From: Antedon mediterranea
Taxonomy: Eukaryota; Animalia; Echinodermata
NCBI RefSeq assembly: GCF_964355755.1
Contig: NC_092672.1
Coordinates: 9,238,001-9,302,000 of the forward strand
Length of the DNA stretch: 64,000 bases
Direction of reading: 5' to 3'
In this document: piece after piece, positions 1 to 35,700 of the stretch
Position numbering within the stretch: the stretch's first letter is position 1
How the letters are laid out: each line of letters begins with the position of its first letter
The notes under the pieces: generated by a model
Databases searched by the model: none
Seen by the model: the letters and a program-made list of their open reading frames with translations, nothing else
Told to the model about the DNA's origin: nothing
Translations under genes and position numbers: made by a program

Positions 1-21598
<21,598 letters not shown>

Positions 21599-23229
21599 TT
21601 TGTTTCTTTTTATAATTTGCGGCTATTGTAAATTCACAAAATTACTGTACAAAGACAATTATTTACAGAATTATTGTAGTCTCATTGAGAACATCTTACT
21701 GTTTGGTCCTTTGTAAGAATATTGCTATTAAAATCATGATATGCGGCATATATCAAAGGTGGTTTTCAGAACAATTCCATGGTTAAAATACGTTTATAAA
21801 GATCATTGATATATTTTAAAATTATTTAATACTCCTGAGTAAATAATATGCGATTTTTTATTTGTTTTGCTTTCTTGTACTGTAGTGCGAATAAAACAGT
21901 TTGTTTCTTCTTTAAGTTCTTCAATGTTTAAATTCTTGGTGCATTCAACTGAGGAAAAATGAAAAATACATTTCTATTAAAATTAGGTTGAAATAATTTA
22001 AGATATGGTTCAATAATTATGAAATAATTAATAACACTTTATGATCATTACTGAACTGAATGTTAATTAAATTACAATATAATTTAATAAATGTGTTCAG
22101 TAAAATAGGTCAGACAAGCAAATCGTTTCACTCGGTTATCTTCAACCTGTTACAAAATCACCATGGCTTATGACGAGTCATGGGCAATAACTTATAATTT
22201 ATTATAATTAGCCTATTGGTTTCTCAATATTAAATCTGTATCTGTATTTCTTGATTACTTTTACTGTATGTTTCTATTAAAATTTACAGGAAATATAATA
22301 ATTTGTCATAATTTTATTTATTTATCTTACTACATTAATGCTACAAAATAAAATTTTTATAATTTAAATCATAATACTACCAACATACAGTGAAGTAAAA
22401 CACAAAATAAGAATTTTAAATTAATAAAATTTTAACATTTTACTTTAAAATGTTTAGTTGTCATGTTTACTACCTTCACATTTTAGAGTTGCATGACTTT
22501 TTGAACTTAATTTACTGATTTTTTTCCAAAAAATGGTTGGGTTTAGTGAAAACAAAAGGGTAAAACGTCAACTGGACTTTTAACACTATCATTCTCATTT
22601 TGGTCAATATAGCCAATTTAGCTAACAGTAAAGCCTCTTATTACAAAAATCCTGGATTTAAAATTAATCTTTTTTTTTTGCCTTTGATGAGACAGGTCAC
22701 ATATTGTATAATAAACAAAATCACCCACACATTTTAGTTAGAATTCAGGAAATTTGAAATTATTTTCACCAATCCGTAGGCAGATTTCCCAATACAATTA
22801 CAACAGACAAATTATAATAAAATATGTCAGTCTTGCTTTTGCACAAATAATTTTTGAAAAGCAATAAAATGCAATGAAAAACCATATACTGTAAAATATC
22901 TACACTACAGTATAATAACATTCAAAATAAAGTAGTCCGAAACAGAAATTTGGAACCTTTCGGTCCTCAAAAAAACTCTGGTACTGGAAGAGTCAACTGT
23001 TTATTGATTTTAACTTTCATCTATCTATAGATACAGTATAAAGCACAGTTATAATAAAAAAAATATGCATGCTACGTTTAGAAGAAAAAACAGCTGGTTT
23101 TTAAAGCAGATGATGATTGTAAAAATATATTAATGTGAATGATAGTTAGCTTAAATCTGAATGTTACTTTTATCAAAACTGAAAAAGTGACAATTTATTC
23201 ATGAATTTAAACAGCTCTGCCATGTGTTA

Positions 23230-23404
23230 CAGGGAACATTTTCGCCAGTGTAGCGTAGCAAAAAGCTATACAAAACAACCTTATTGCTACACATTTTGAA
23301 AATTGTGTAGCAAAAAATACAATACAAAACTATGTTTCTCGACTTAAAAATCAGTTTGATTAGCAATATTGCTAAACAAAATTTTTAAATGAAAATTTTC
23401 CCTG
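23230..23404. mobile_element. Short non-autonomous DNA transposon (CAGGG termini, hAT-like)
   Basis: cagggaacattttc ... gaaaattttccctg inverted termini; no clear TSD. Confidence 0.5.
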
Positions 23405-24614
23405 GTTATAAATACATTTGTAGTTAAAAAATAAATTATGACCAGACAAGGGATCAAGATAAAGGAATGACTAGATGTTCCAAAAAATAAGACAGTTTGA
23501 GCCACAACAAGGGTGTCCAGATTTAGGGCAAGTTCTACTGTACTTTCACTTTCTTATTACAGCAGTTTCATATGATAAGGAAAGCAATCTATTTGTTGTA
23601 TTGGGTTTCTGAATTGTAGTGTAAAGTAAAGTCTATTCTGTGGCTGCCTTTTTATTCTTCAACTTGGCCCTATTATTATTTTTTCAACTGCCTGAATTGG
23701 AAATAAAATATCATGAGAAATCTAGTAAGTCACAATCACCTACTGTACATTCAATCCAATTTTTTCTTTTCATGAAAAACACTCTCACAAAAAAATATGT
23801 TGTTCCTTTTATTAGTTCAGAAATACCATTTAATAAAAAGATAATCCACTTAATTGAATTTGTGAGTTTACACTGAAATGCTACCAATTATTGTTTGAAA
23901 ACATTTTATATAATGTTGATTCATAATGAGTAATGTATCATTAAACTTGTAGGCAATGTGATTAACGTGACAATTAGTATGTGTGCTAAACATGTACGTA
24001 AATGATTACGGTCATTTTCTGTAATGTGTGCGTCATTAGAAACAACCATATGATCAAACTAAGTAGGTCGTTTAAAGGTCGTAATGTGCTTCACGAAACA
24101 TTATAATTTACTTTTTAAAAAGGGTGAACAAATAATACAATCCTATATTAAGACCATCGATGTGTCTAAAAGGCTAAAAATGCGGTTAGAAATTGAGATT
24201 TTCATAATTCTTAATTGAAACTATAGGTAACATATGCGTAGCTGCAATACGCTTACCTGGATAAACCTACACTATGCCTTTTCCATCTGAGGAAACAAAG
24301 TAACTCAAAAACTGTGGACACCTCTCCAAAACAGTGGAGAAAATGCCTACATTGGTTTATCCAGGTAAGTTGGGCACGAAATAGACAACAATTTTAACTG
24401 ATTACTATTTGAGTATTCAATACTGCATACTGTAGTATTTTTTTCTTTAGGTTTGTGAAAAAGCTATAAAAAAAGTTTTTGTTTTTTAACAATCTTGGCG
24501 CAAAAAATGTACAGTATACAGTGCTGATATGTTTGTTTGTTTGTTTTATTAGTTTCTCCACACATTTTAAAATAAAAGATCAAAATTAAAAACTTATAGA
24601 TAAGATAAAATTAC

Positions 24615-25372
24615 ATACTCATAACTCACTGATTCCTGACCTACGAACTTAGAGCTCAAACAAGTTTTATAATCTTTAATATATTTTTAGTATGCACTTT
24701 ATTATATGTAAAAAAAGGTGTGGTAATCAGTGTGTATGAATTAATTTATTTTTTTAATAAATTTATTTTTTGAAGAGGAAACCAACAAATATAAATTTCA
24801 TTTAAAATTTTTTCGCCGGAAAAATTTCTAGAAATTTTTTTTTCAATCACTATTACTTATTTCTTATTATCAAGCAACAAGTTAAACTAAAATACTGTCT
24901 CTTTGTTTATGAATAATTTAATTGATCAATAAACTGAAATGCTTGTCAATTAATGTAAATCCCATAGCAAATAAACACAAGGCTTGCAAATCCAGACAAT
25001 AGACAGACAGTTTCTGTAATGCACAATATGATGCCACGTACAAAATAATGTACATAATTTACTAAGAACTAGAATTGCCAATTAATGCATTTAAATTGAT
25101 ATCAACTTTTTGGATCAAGCCTAATTTGTTTCCTTGTTGCTCAGCTACTGTACTGTACATCACAAACTACTGTAAAGCAGTAAAACATCATAATATTACT
25201 TTATACAATTCATTTTTTTAAAAGCTTTAAAATACTGTGTAGCTTTAGTCTAATAAATATTCCTTTTTAAAATAAATTTCTCATACTCATAACTCACTGA
25301 TTCCTGACCTACGAACTTAGATCTCAAACAAGTTTTATAATCTTTAATATATTTTTAGTATGCAATTTATTA
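24615..25372. repeat. ~90-bp dispersed direct repeat (24615-24703 and 25283-25372)
   Basis: catactcataactcactgattcctgacctacgaacttag..tatttttagtatgca..ttattat occurs twice, nearly identical. Confidence 0.85.
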
Positions 25373-28300
25373 TCCCTTTTGATATAAATTCGGATTTTTG
25401 TATGGAATATTGTATTTAGTATTAATTCTGAAATTAATATCATATTAAAACAGTAGTATTCATTAAATTGATGGGTAATTAAATGTTAATTTTTTTTAAA
25501 GATTTAGATGACTAATCATTAACAAAAAATTACACTTTATTATCCTTTTGAGATAAATTAAGAATGTTAATATTATCCTGGAATTATATGATATTAACAT
25601 TTTATGAAATCGACTTTAATTAATGTTTTACAGGATTCGGTTAATGTTTTAAAAATAAATAAATTATTTTATTAAATATTATTAGAAATATCTTATTTCT
25701 TTTTTTTATACTGAAGAAATATTTTAATGTAATCCTCTGAACAGAATTCAAATGGAAAAAAAATGTTTTCAGCAGCTGTTTATATATATTACCATTTTAC
25801 ATCAGAGCAATGATTTCTAGCTGTTCATTAAATATTCAAAGATTTCATAAGACGAATACTGAGTACAATAATTTATTCTAATAGGCTTAATTTATATTTA
25901 CCTTATGAACATATTATTCCATCTAAATTATCATCACACATAATCCAAATAATTATAGAAATATATTAACAAAAATGTGATCCATGTATATTATTTTGAG
26001 TGCAGTAAAAACGGTGCGTTTGTGCGTGTGAGTGCTTGCGTTATGTCGTTTACCGTCTACATCTACTTGCAGTATGAGCACGACCTTCATGGCTTTTAAC
26101 ATATTGATTGATTTGTTCATCATTAGTCGAGCAAATAATATGACATCATCGTTCTCTCGTTTCTATGCATTTGATTGGCTAATACCCTCCATGACGCAGT
26201 TACAGATCATTGATATTAATGTAGAATACCGGTTTGACTTAGTGTCTGTATCTTTACTTCATCACTGATAATAATATCTGCGAAGGTGGTTATGTTGGAA
26301 TATACTGAGAATGAGATTGAATTTACTGTATGGTCAGCTAACCTTACAAAATGTGTTATTTAATTAGTAACAACAGAACAGAAAATAAATTTACATAGCA
26401 ACCACCTTAAATCTACGCGGTACGCTATCAAATTTTTTCCAGGATAGGAGATTACAATGATTCTAATTGATCAATTCTGATCTCCTCACCCAATGTTTTT
26501 AATTTTATTTTTGTGAAATTTCATGAAAAATAGAAAGCTAAAAATTGATATTCAGAACTGATATTAATCGAAAAAAAACACATCTAAACCTCAACGATCA
26601 CCCTCCATAGGCTAGACCTATTGATTCCAAAACTGCTACAGTATATAATCTGGCCAGAGAACCTACAGTATAGTAAAATACTCAATATAATTGTGATTTT
26701 GTTTATGCTCGGATCTGAATTGACAGTCGGTCAAACCCGACATGTTCATTTACATACCGTTGCTCACAAATTTTGTTGATATAATGTTGACTTGTTCATA
26801 GTGCATGATGCGTTTGTAGATGCGAAGGAAACCAGACAAAGACACTCCGACTAAAGTCAGGATATTTGTCCAATCATTACATGTGCTCCAACAGCTAAAC
26901 ACTGAAGAACCAGTCAACCTTGCTGAGTGATAGACATTCAATGCAGATTGCAGATTCCTATTGTATTTTGGGTTAACAAATTTATTTTTTTTAAACAGTA
27001 AAGCAATGTGGTGCAAATTTTGAATATGGCTACAATTTAATATTATCTTTTTATAGCAATAACGACACCGTTAGATAGATGGTACTCATGTCAAAACGAG
27101 AAACTAAAAACTTAGATTCAACAAATCAAGCAAAACTGTCATAATTAAATATTTAAGTATACTACAGAAAATAACATAAGCCGGAAGCAGATTTGTATAT
27201 GTTCAACCAGGTAGGCCGTCATACATAGAATCAAAACTACTAGATTTAATTTGGTCAAATTAACTGAGTTGTGGACTAAATTGACAAAGAAAGTTCAATC
27301 TGACCACTGGTTAAAATTCCATCCCTTGGGGTTACATTAACCTGGATCAATGGTTACTTTTATTGACCACTGCCTGACCAAATCTGAATATGCGCAAGGT
27401 AAACACACGACCTTCACCATGCGAGTCATTTGACGCCATCAGTTACGTACATTTTGGTAAAACCAACTGCATGAAATAATATCCAATGATGATTGTATGA
27501 ACAACGGTCACATTTACCGATGACCTTGGTAAAGTTTCCATTGGTGTTGCCAACATTTCATGTCCAGTGCCTTATATGCTAAAACTGTCTTGCACCATTG
27601 TTGTAGGCCTGTACATTAAATAATGCATTTACCATACTTTTTTTAATAAGATATTCCTTACAAAATGGACTTACAGGTCAGTAAGCAGTAATATGAATGG
27701 AATGTAAAAGCTTAGTATTGGCTGTATACTCTTTTCAATAATTGATTCTTAAAGAGATTATGATACCATACTTTCACTCTCTTTCTGGACACTTGAAAAC
27801 AAAACTGTTATTGTGACTGTCACACACAAATTGAACAATAACATATATATATCACATCATATACAGTAAATATATCTCCCGAAATAGACTAAAAAATAAA
27901 TCAGAAACAAAATCTTTCCAACCAATTTCAATATCCATCAATTGGTCACAGAACACAATTATTAATGAATGGTTGCACACTCAATATTAATAATTTTATA
28001 TTCTCAATTACTACAGTATTATGTGATGACATACTTCTTATAAAACACTTCTCTGCATTGCATTTTTTTTTCAAATCTGCAAATTACCAGTTTTGATTAC
28101 AATGGTTGGATACAGTAATAATTGATAAATTGAAATCGTGCTAGATCACGTAGTCTTGAAAATGCCAATGCATCCATCTCAAGTGTGGGCGTTGTAGTTG
28201 AAAGAAATTCCAGAAAAAAGGTGTAGAGCTTTTTGTTCACATCTTGTAACATTATTTTTCACAGTTTATTACCATATTATGCTGCAGCAAAATCAATTAA

Positions 28301-30894
28301 CAAATTTTGTCATGAATACCTTACTGTGAACAAAACGTTTTTAGTAAGGATGAGGAATTTAAAAACCAACATCACAGAAGACAGATGTGGAGAAACATTT
28401 CCTTTTTGTAGTCCAAAAAATGCTGTTTTTGTCTTATTTTTTTTTGTTCGAGTCCTTTCCTATTAATTGGGATATGTTCCAATTCAGGAGAGCTGAACAT
28501 ACCAAACCATGATTGGATAGGATTGCTACCCTTTCATACATTGATTTATTTCCTCACAAGTCCATGCTCACACTAAGCCAGAGAATTTATGGAAGTTTGA
28601 CAAATTAGTTTTAATCTGTGGATTATAATTGCATAATAATTGGATGATTAGAGGGCATTAAACCATAGAGAACTATAAAACATTATACACTACAGCTGTG
28701 GCATGAACACATTTTTATATGAACAGAGGTTATATTGACCCTCAAATGCAATTTTAATACAATTAACCATGAAGGCAGTACTGTAGGTACAGTTTGGCAT
28801 TGTTGTCTCTAGTGGATTTAAGTATACTGGCTGCTAAGGACATGACACCATAGGGAAGAAGAATTGAACATATTTAAAGTTTTATCACACCATAGGGAAG
28901 AAGAATTGAACATTGAAAGTTTTTATGTTAAAAGTATAAAATGCGACTACATTTCTGCTGCATTTTTTGCCAGAAGAAAAAAAAACTGATATAATACTAT
29001 GTGTTTTCAGTGTGTGGTACAGTAAGTAGGTCTAGGTAAAGAAAATCTTAAAATCTCTTAAATCCTCGTTTTATTAAACCACTGAAGCTAAAAACTGCAC
29101 CAATTAAATTGTTAAGTGGAGAATATTTTATTTGACTTTATGCTTCTATTTCTGGAGGCTGGTACAGTAATTAAATTCATTCATACACTACAAGATTTTA
29201 AAGTATAAAGACTGTCATGCCATAGGAGTAACAAATTATTGTACTAGAGTCATGGATGAAAGAATATATGATTTATTAAACAATCATAATTAATGAATAG
29301 TGATTAACAGTTTTTAAGACAACAAATTAAATTGATTATCTGCAAGTAATATGACTTGTTTTAAATGATAAACTGTGCACACAGCTTAGCAACAACAAGT
29401 ATTACCGACGGTAGGATTTCTGACGTAGAAATGAGATGTGACGTAAAGAATGGATGATGAATGTCATGTAATAAACATTTTCAATTTCAAATAAACAACA
29501 TGAGAGAAGCAAAATTTAGAATGTGATATAGAAAATAATAGACAAATATGTAAAAATAGAATCAACTAATTAATTTCTATTATCATTATCATTTTCCCTA
29601 AGAATAGATTTCCATATGCAATTTATTAATTATCTTATTTTAATTAAACTGAAGGTTTAATTGCCACTTTTATTCTTGTCAGAAAAACGTGTCAATTGAC
29701 ATTGTGCTGGTACAAGATATGTTACTATTTTAGCATATAATATTTAACATTTCCGGGAACTACTTATTATTATGATGATGATATATTATTATGATGAAAA
29801 GGATTTTAGGAATTTTATCAATAATTCATTACTGCTTCCATGAGCTGTTTCATTTCTTTTTAGGCTCCATAAAAATTCCAAAATACATGGTTACCCCATC
29901 AGTTGCTGACAGAAAGGTTCAGTAGGTCAATATAAATATTATAGAATAATGGGAAATAAAAGCATTCTTTAAAGGTTTGTGAAAAGATTAAAATAAGTGG
30001 GTTTACATAGACAAGGTCAAAGTTGACAGAGCAGGATGTTACTGAGAGAACTCTAAGAAGATAAGTCCCAATCAACACCTTAATTAATACATTATTATAG
30101 ATAGTTGTTTACTGATATATTTTTATCTCGCCAATAATATTGCAAAATAACCAGAGAAAAATTGTATTACTATGCACGTCAAATGATAGTTTAATCAAGA
30201 AATCCATGAACAATTTTTAAACATTGTTTTATCTAGCCAGGCCTACGGTAAGCTGTTTATCATGCACTGTTCAATGATCAACGAAGCGCATCCTACCGTG
30301 GTTTAAAGTGAGAGAAAGTACGTTCTCAAGCCCACAATATGGTAACGAATCATAAACAGAAAATGACTAGATAATATAGCAATTCTCAACAAATTGCGTG
30401 TTTCAGACATACCTTTTTGTTTTTTAGTTCATTTCTTGTATGCGTGTACGGTTGATTAACTACTTTGCTAAATCATTTAAAGTCAGTACTTAGCTTACTC
30501 AGGTAAGGTCCGTCCGTCAAAAGTGAGAATTTACAATGAACTTCCTAGATTCTTTACCAAGAGTCCGAATTCCAAAAGCGCGAATGGAGATCATTGACAC
30601 AGAATACTCGTCCTAAGATATTAGAAGTGCGATAATAGAAGTGCGATAATAGAAGTGCGAGAACAGTTTGAGGAGGAGGAAACTATAGAAATATTATTTC
30701 TAGTTTTGTATTCACATATATTTATAATATATTATATTTCATATACGAGACGTTTGTCTATAATCAATACGGAAGAAATCAAGTGTACAGTATTCTCATC
30801 AACTAAAACAATAAATACCGTACCTAACTATTTTGCTGTTGATAAGGCCAAACAGAAGCAATTCTCCTTTTTTTTTTTCAAATATTCTATTTTA

Positions 30895-31130
30895 ATGTCA
30901 CATAATAGTTAGTCACGTTGACCAAAAACTGGTCGAAAAAAAAATTATTTTCCATAAAAAAAATGTAATTTAAAGCAAAGAATTAAATTGTCTATCAATG
31001 GTTTTGGTTAAAACTAACCGTTTCTTTTGTCTTTTTATAAGAGAAATAATAATTTAGTTTTTTTTTTACAGAAGTGAACAACTTATTAAAACTATAAAAT
31101 GGCCTATTTCAAGTTTTATTAATCTTCAAC
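30895..31130. repeat. Dispersed repeat family copy (second copy at ~50015-50260)
   Basis: tcacataat..gaccaaaaa..tcgaaaaaa..tgtaatttaaagcaaa..acttattaaaacta shared between the two loci. Confidence 0.65.
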
Positions 31131-32563
31131 AACTTTAATGGCCTTTATAAATAAATCAAGTTTGTTGGTCAGTATCAGAGATTGGGTCATCATCGGGGTC
31201 ACCAGAAATATAATCTGTACACCTATTAGGAACAACAAGAGAAGGTTTTTCTGCAAAAATATAAATTCTCAGTTTTAAATATTTGTTTTGATTTTTAAAT
31301 TCACATACCCTGATACGGCTACCATTCTAATTTAATCTTAATATTACAATTATTACAGTATATTGTAGCCTATTAATCAAAAGTTACGATTTCCCTGAAG
31401 TCTGTTTATAGAACTTTTCTCAAATCTGTTTTCAGTAGTCTGTTCCATTGTCTGTTTCATGTGAGTGTATGAATGTAATATATATATAAATAGTCCCTAA
31501 TTCTAGTTAAAAAAAACACCAAATGAATATTAACAATTTGACAAATTTTACAGTAGTTTTTTTTTTACAGATTTTATTTGATGCAAATAAAATTAGATAT
31601 GTCAAAGATATGATCCCTCTAAATTGCATTGGACATTTTAATAGTCAACTATCCAAATACCTACTCTCTGAAAATAAGACATTTTCCAAAACCAGACATT
31701 TCTTGACATCCAAAATGTCCCAAGTTTATATTTACCATTAGAAACACAAATACAGACTTTTCTGAAACCAGACATATTAGGCCAGCCCAAGGGCGTCCGG
31801 TATTAGGAGAGTTGACTGTATTTATCTAAAACTATTGTGATCATAAAATGACATACTGTTGAAACGACCTACAAAACCATACAGGTCATCAACATTACCG
31901 AAACAGATTAAATAAAAATATTGTTTAGCCTTTATAACAAACTAGGCCCAAGTAGTGTAAAACACAAATAATAAATGTATACATTATTGGAATGTTTATC
32001 AACATATCCAAAATAATCCAGAAAAAGACCTTTAAAGAACCTTAAACTCAACTAATATAAGTGCTCCGAGCAACTGACCGGCACACAAAAAATGTTCACA
32101 TAGTTTCTTTCAGTTACCAATGTTCTATTTTTTCCGGAACTGAATACTTCGAAACGAGTCACATGTGCGGTATGGGTAACCGCGACCAGTAGGGATCAGT
32201 TCGATTTTACCGTAAAAAGCAATCAGGCATACTGGTTCCTATACTATGAATCATGTCATGCGAGCGTAAGATAACTACGACCAGTTACAATCGGTTCCAG
32301 TGTCGATATAAGTGCTTGCACACTGATTCTATTCAGTTCCATTCAGTTTCTCAAAATGTTGTCATATAATGCAACTAGTTCCTTTCAGTAGAGTTGAGTA
32401 CCATGTCGGCAAAAGGATTAATTTAGGAGAGGCTGGAAGATGACTCACAATAATGTTCAATTATCAGGAGGCTTGGGTGGTTGTGACCACTGATGTATAT
32501 CATGTCATAGCCATCTCCAAAATTCTCCGATAACAGTCTCTTTTCTTAAATCTCTGCCGGAAA

Positions 32564-32702
32564 CCTCTGTCTACGTTATAAAACTTTATGTGACAAAAAA
32601 TTGTGATGTGCCCAAATATGGTAGTAATATGGCATCGTCATGTCCATATATGGACACATCACATTTGTTTGTTACAAAAAGTATGGTAGTCTAGACAGAG
32701 CT
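32564..32702. mobile_element. MITE family A (just downstream of the TTI1 stop, 3' UTR region)
   Basis: ctctgtctac...ctagacagagct TIRs plus family core. Confidence 0.8.
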
Positions 32703-32761
32703 TTATGAAAGTGAGTGCACAGTGTTTTCTTCTTTAGTGTTCTTCTGAAAAGGTTAAATCC

Positions 32762-35700
32762 TCAACTAATTCCAACTTCTGAGTTGTGTCTGTTAAAATC
32801 TTCAAGCATCAGTTCTATTGCGTCATATTCCACTGTTTTCAACTGCTCCATTAGTGTTTCAGTACTCTGTAAACAATGATATAATAGTATACATTAGATA
32901 GATTGTCTTTGTTACAAGGCCTAATGTTAGCTTCAGGTGAACCCTTCAGAAACAGGTTTTTTCCTTACAAACCCATGTAAGTCTCAAAATGAATGGAAAT
33001 GAACAGTTAATGTCAATGACCATTCTGAATGAGATAGAATTCAATAAAAATACTTACTGTTCTAAGAGTAATTGGTTGATTACTATCAAGATACGGCAAA
33101 CAAACAATTGCCAATCTTAAAACATCAAGCCCATCTATACCACTCTGAAAGAATAATGGTCATACAATAGGTCAACAAGTCAGTGTGTATGATTTATTTC
33201 ATATTGTCTTTGCAACTCCAAAGCTGAACTACAAGATATTTACATTAAAAATTTACATTGTTGGCAAGTTATGTTAACCAATAATTCAGTCGGTATAGAT
33301 TCCATGTTTATCTCCTCCCAAATATTTTGATATAATAAACACACAACATTAAAAAATCAATTTTGTTTTGTTATAAACATGTTATTAAATGTGTCCAGAA
33401 AAGAAACTGTAATTTGTATTTTAAATTTCACATCAAACATTGATAGTATCTTAGAACTGAGTAAGACACTACAAGATATACTGCATATTAACATTCACAT
33501 AATGTACACTATGTAAAGTATGCATTAGCACATCTTTTAGGTCAACAAAGAAGAAATATTTGCTGTCACTGACATTAAGTATCATACCTTAACACATATT
33601 TGTCCAATGTTTTTTATAATCGATAGCTGCAGCTTGTATTCAAGCTTATGGTGATATAATGAATCTTTCTTCAAACTGTAAGTAAAGAAATAATATAGAT
33701 TACATGTGAGTAGCATTTGTTCGAACCTGCCTGTGCAACATGCATCCTTTTGGAAAGATGCCTTTACTCTCATTACCTCGTCCGGTCCTGTGTACATAAT
33801 GAGTGCATGTTACAGAATTTGGTACACTATTTTAAAATCGTCTTCCGGTTTGCTGATCTGCACTGCTAAAGCAAGATGCCTTTTGAATTATTGGATCCTG
33901 TGTACATATAGGATCTGGTAAGCCTTGCACTACTGGTTGATGCTGGGTCAAAATTTCATCAGTTTAAGCTGGAGAACGATTGTAATTAGATGTACAGTAT
34001 TCATATATATATATATAAATATAAATTTGTCTTTGGTTGTAAATTTTTTTTTATATAGTTACCTGTATTTAGTCTGTTGTTTAATATACTGTGTAAGATT
34101 TGGTAGAACGTCCTTCAATACACGCTTCTTAAGAAAATCACGACAACAATTGGCGAGACTTGTAACACATTTCACAGCCTGAATGAAATTAAGATGAGGA
34201 CTGAAAATGAGTATTGGCACAGTGGTAAACATATTTGCTTGGTAACCAATCTCTCAGTCACTTTGCCAAAATAGTTTTTTTTAGCTTTTCCCAGCTCTTG
34301 CTTGGATGGGAATTGAGAACAGTGTTGAAACACAATCATCTTTGTTTACTGTACGTTATTATTATTATTTTTAATGGATGTTATGTGGCTTTTACCTTTA
34401 TTCTCACATTAAAGTTGCCGTGATTCAATCGTTGCACAATTACTGGCCATAACAGATGAGCCAAAGGTAGTAGTTTATCTTTAAAAAAAAATAAAACTAT
34501 TAAAATCTTAACCCTTTGAAGACGCAAGGTTTCTACCCTAAGCGACTGAGGCTAAATAAGCAATTTTAATAAGTAAATAGTTCAGGTATAATATACTTAT
34601 TTATTTATTTTTATTTCAACAACATTTAACGAGGGTGGTCTATTCAGTCGAAGCTGATCTCTATTGAGAAAAAAATGAATGTACACTTGTACCCTGTATC
34701 TCTTTTAAATTTATGTTATGCTACTTTTTATCACACAAAAGAGACGTGGATTGGTATCTTCTTTCACCAGATTTATTTATACTAAAACACCATTTTGTCT
34801 TGTCTTTACTGAGTTGATATATGATGTTAAATACTGCAATTCTTTTTTTCTCCTTCATCTTGCCACCTAGATTGTTTTAGATCTAGTTTAAGTAGGGGCA
34901 GGAGGCGAAACAACTGGTGCTGACCGGGGTTCAATTAGACCGATCCCTGGATAGCGACGAGGGCGTATCCCTTACTTCGGTTTTCCAGGATATTATTATT
35001 ATTATATAATACAACCTCACCGTAAGAAAACTCCAAAAACACTAACCTTGATATCTCGATATGCAGAAGATTCCCTCAATGACAATATCCAATATTAGTG
35101 TTTGTTGCCGAGAACTGTCAATACCTAATAAATGTACACAGTTTTCCAATATCTGTTGATGAAAAAGCCAAAAAATGGTTCAAATTTATTTAATCTATTT
35201 TTTTCGATTTTTTTCATTGTGCTTTAAATTCATATTCACTAGTGTACTGAAGAATTTTAGATATTTGACAAAATAAAGCTCTGTCTACACTATCAAACTA
35301 TTTTGACCAAAAAAGTGTGATGTATGGACATATATGACACGATGACAAGATATCACTACCATATTCTGGTTTTTGTCACATAATGTTTGATAGTGTAGAT
35401 AGAGCTTAAATGATGTGAGAGCAGAGCATCATAATTATAAGTTCAAAGAAGTTAAAATGAAGATTATACAATGCAACAAACATATTTATCATCTGCGTAC
35501 AAACAAGTACAAATTAACTATGTTACCTGGACAATATTTGACACATGCATAACCTCTTTCTCACTTGTATCCTCCATGACATCATCGTCCTTAATGTCTG
35601 CTTTCTCTTGCATATCTGGTGTGCCTTCCTCGATTCCTTTTAACAATGCTTCTGGTCTACTGTTCTGGATATTTTCTTGTTGTAAGCGGTGATGTTTCAC

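Noticed and set aside
33700-33990. GC-richer intronic block in TTI1 with a diverged internal duplication, considered as an extra exon or snoRNA
   Set aside because: Flanking exons join in phase without it, and no paired C/D or H/ACA boxes were found.
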